NCBI GenBank assembly: GCA_016191875.1
Contig: JACPVG010000019.1
Coordinates: 58,020 to 90,019 of the forward strand
Reading direction: 5' to 3'
Source: Chloroflexota bacterium
GTDB lineage: Bacteria; Chloroflexota; Anaerolineae; Anaerolineales; UBA11579
Length of the DNA: 32,000 nucleotides
Positions 30,756-32,000 of this stretch are shown here, piece after piece. Position 1 is the stretch's first letter. Every line of letters starts with the position of its first letter. The notes beneath the pieces were generated by a model. It searched no databases and was not told the DNA's origin. It worked only from the letters and a program-made list of their open reading frames with translations. The translations under genes were made by a program, and so were the position numbers.

Positions 30756-31727
30756 CTAGTCGGGCTTTTCGCCGGGTTTGTGATAATGCCGTAGCACGTA
30801 CACTGGACGACCCTTAATCTCCTGGAAGATATACCCAATGTAGATTCCCACAATACCCAGACTGGCCAGCGTTGAACCGCCCACGAACAGGATGACGAAC
30901 ATCAGGGAAGACCAGCCCGGCGCCAGCGTGTGCCCCAGGCCGCGCAGCCAGAACGACAGCACGTAGGCGAGTTCAAGGAACGCGAACAGCAGAAAAGCTG
31001 CGCCCATCCCGACCATCAGGTAGAGTGGGCGCAGTGTGAACGAAAACAGTGCATCGGCCGCCAGGCGGGACATCAGGCGCAGTGAATATTTACTGCGCCC
31101 ACCCAGCCGTTCCGGCATTGTGTAGGACCGGATGATGGACGGGAAGCCAATCCAGGCGGTCATGCCGCGCAGGAAGCGGTGGTACTCCGGCATCTTGCGA
31201 AGCGCCTCCACTGCCGGACGGGTGAGCAGGCGAAAGTCGGCCACACCGGGCGCGATGGGTGTGCCGCTGACTTTGTTGATCAACCAGTAAAACAACGCCG
31301 AACTCAGGTCTTTGAACCAACCCTGGCGGGCGTGTTTGCCCCGCTGCATCTGCACCAGATCGTAACCGGTTTCAGCCAGCCCCAGCATGCCGGGGATTTC
31401 CTCTGGAGGGTTCTGCCCGTCGCCGTCCATGCAGATGACCGCGTCGGCGTCTGCCAGATCCAGCCCGGCACTGAGCGCGGCCTGATGACCGAAGTTGCGG
31501 CTAAGTGTGGCGACGCCCACGCGTGGGTCGGCCGCCGCCAGCGAGGCCAGTTCCTGCGGCGTGCCATCCCGTGAGCCATCATCCACATACAGGATGGTGA
31601 AGCGCTGGGGCAGGGCGTCCAGCACTGTCGCCAGGGATTTGTGGAAGGAGGTCACTACCCCCGCCTCGTTATAAACAGGGACAATGATGGCGACAGCTCG
31701 AATCTCGCGGCGGATTGTTTCGGTCAT
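30756..31727 (-). CDS. GT2 polyprenyl-phosphate glycosyltransferase (GtrB/ArnC-like) with two C-terminal TM helices
   Basis: VAIIVPVYNEAGVV...ILYVDDGSRDGT...RNFGHQAALSAGL...DGDGQNPPEEIP, followed by two hydrophobic helices (LYLMVGMGAAFLLFAFLELAYVL, LMFVILFVGGSTLASLGIVGIYIGYI). Confidence 0.88.
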   Translation of the reverse strand: MTETIRREIRAVAIIVPVYNEAGVVTSFHKSLATVLDALPQRFTILYVDDGSRDGTPQELASLAAADPRVGVATLSRNFGHQAALSAGLDLADADAVICMDGDGQNPPEEIPGMLGLAETGYDLVQMQRGKHARQGWFKDLSSALFYWLINKVSGTPIAPGVADFRLLTRPAVEALRKMPEYHRFLRGMTAWIGFPSIIRSYTMPERLGGRSKYSLRLMSRLAADALFSFTLRPLYLMVGMGAAFLLFAFLELAYVLSFWLRGLGHTLAPGWSSLMFVILFVGGSTLASLGIVGIYIGYIFQEIKGRPVYVLRHYHKPGEKPD

Positions 31728-31761
31728 CCGTGTCTCTAGGCTGTGTAGTGAAAGAGTATTC

Positions 31762-32000
31762 TTACTCGCATGTCAATGCCAGCATGGCCTCAAGCGTGGC
31801 GGCATCCGGCGCGGCGGCGCTGGACTGGACGCGTTGCCAAACGGCGCACAGCATGGCTGCGGTGAGCGGATTGATGTCGAGCGTCTGGCGGGTGAGGTCT
31901 TCGGCCCGGCTCCAGCGCCCGGTCATGGCATAGCCTTCGATGAACAGCACGCGTTCGGTGGCATGGTTGGGGCTGTCATCCAGGCCGAAGGCGGCATCGC
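31762..32000 (-). CDS. C-terminal end of an unidentified protein; the N-terminus lies beyond the window
   Basis: The frame of track ORF 31762..31950 stays open upstream to the window edge (...DAAFGLDDSPNHATERVLFIEGYAMTGRWSRAEDL...). Too little sequence to assign a family. Confidence 0.35.
   Translation of the reverse strand, partial: DAAFGLDDSPNHATERVLFIEGYAMTGRWSRAEDLTRQTLDINPLTAAMLCAVWQRVQSSAAAPDAATLEAMLALTCE

Overview
High-GC bacterial chromosomal window (about 60-65% G+C by eye). The gene content and the Pro/Thr-rich linkers look Chloroflexota-like, but that is an impression only. Almost all of it is housekeeping. It contains a truncated acyl-CoA carboxyltransferase gene and a Rieske/cytochrome b/two dihaem cytochrome c operon. 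An SRP RNA gene is hidden under the 5' end of a long ORF call, followed by yabE-like and rsmA genes. Next comes a tight Roadblock/LC7 - V4R - REC-degenerate-GGDEF - polyprenol-phosphate glycosyltransferase operon. Further genes are hutI, an HD hydrolase, a RyR-domain protein, a REC protein, an IMPase, surE, an SH3 lipoprotein and an LCP envelope gene pair. There is a three-gene tRNA cluster (Ser, Ser, Arg) and a separate tRNA-Lys. The remainder holds rpmB, rpe, a Ser/Thr kinase, trxA and a GtrB-like GT2. I found no CRISPR array, transposase, integrase or recognisable defence system. Four things stand out. (1) An unclassified ~79-nt palindrome-closed structured element occurs twice in opposite orientation: in the surE 5' leader, and between the rpmB stop codon and its terminator. 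(2) Just past the tRNA cluster, two adjacent genes look disrupted: a URO-D family gene with a single in-frame TAG, and an HD-GYP gene split across two frames. (3) The Roadblock-V4R-REC operon has no partner GTPase. (4) Promoter architecture is consistent (TTGACx-17-TGnTAnnnT), and three genes have a -10 hexamer exactly 6 nt before the ATG, which suggests leaderless mRNAs. All coordinates, translations and motif calls were made by hand from the sequence and the ORF track. No database searches were run.
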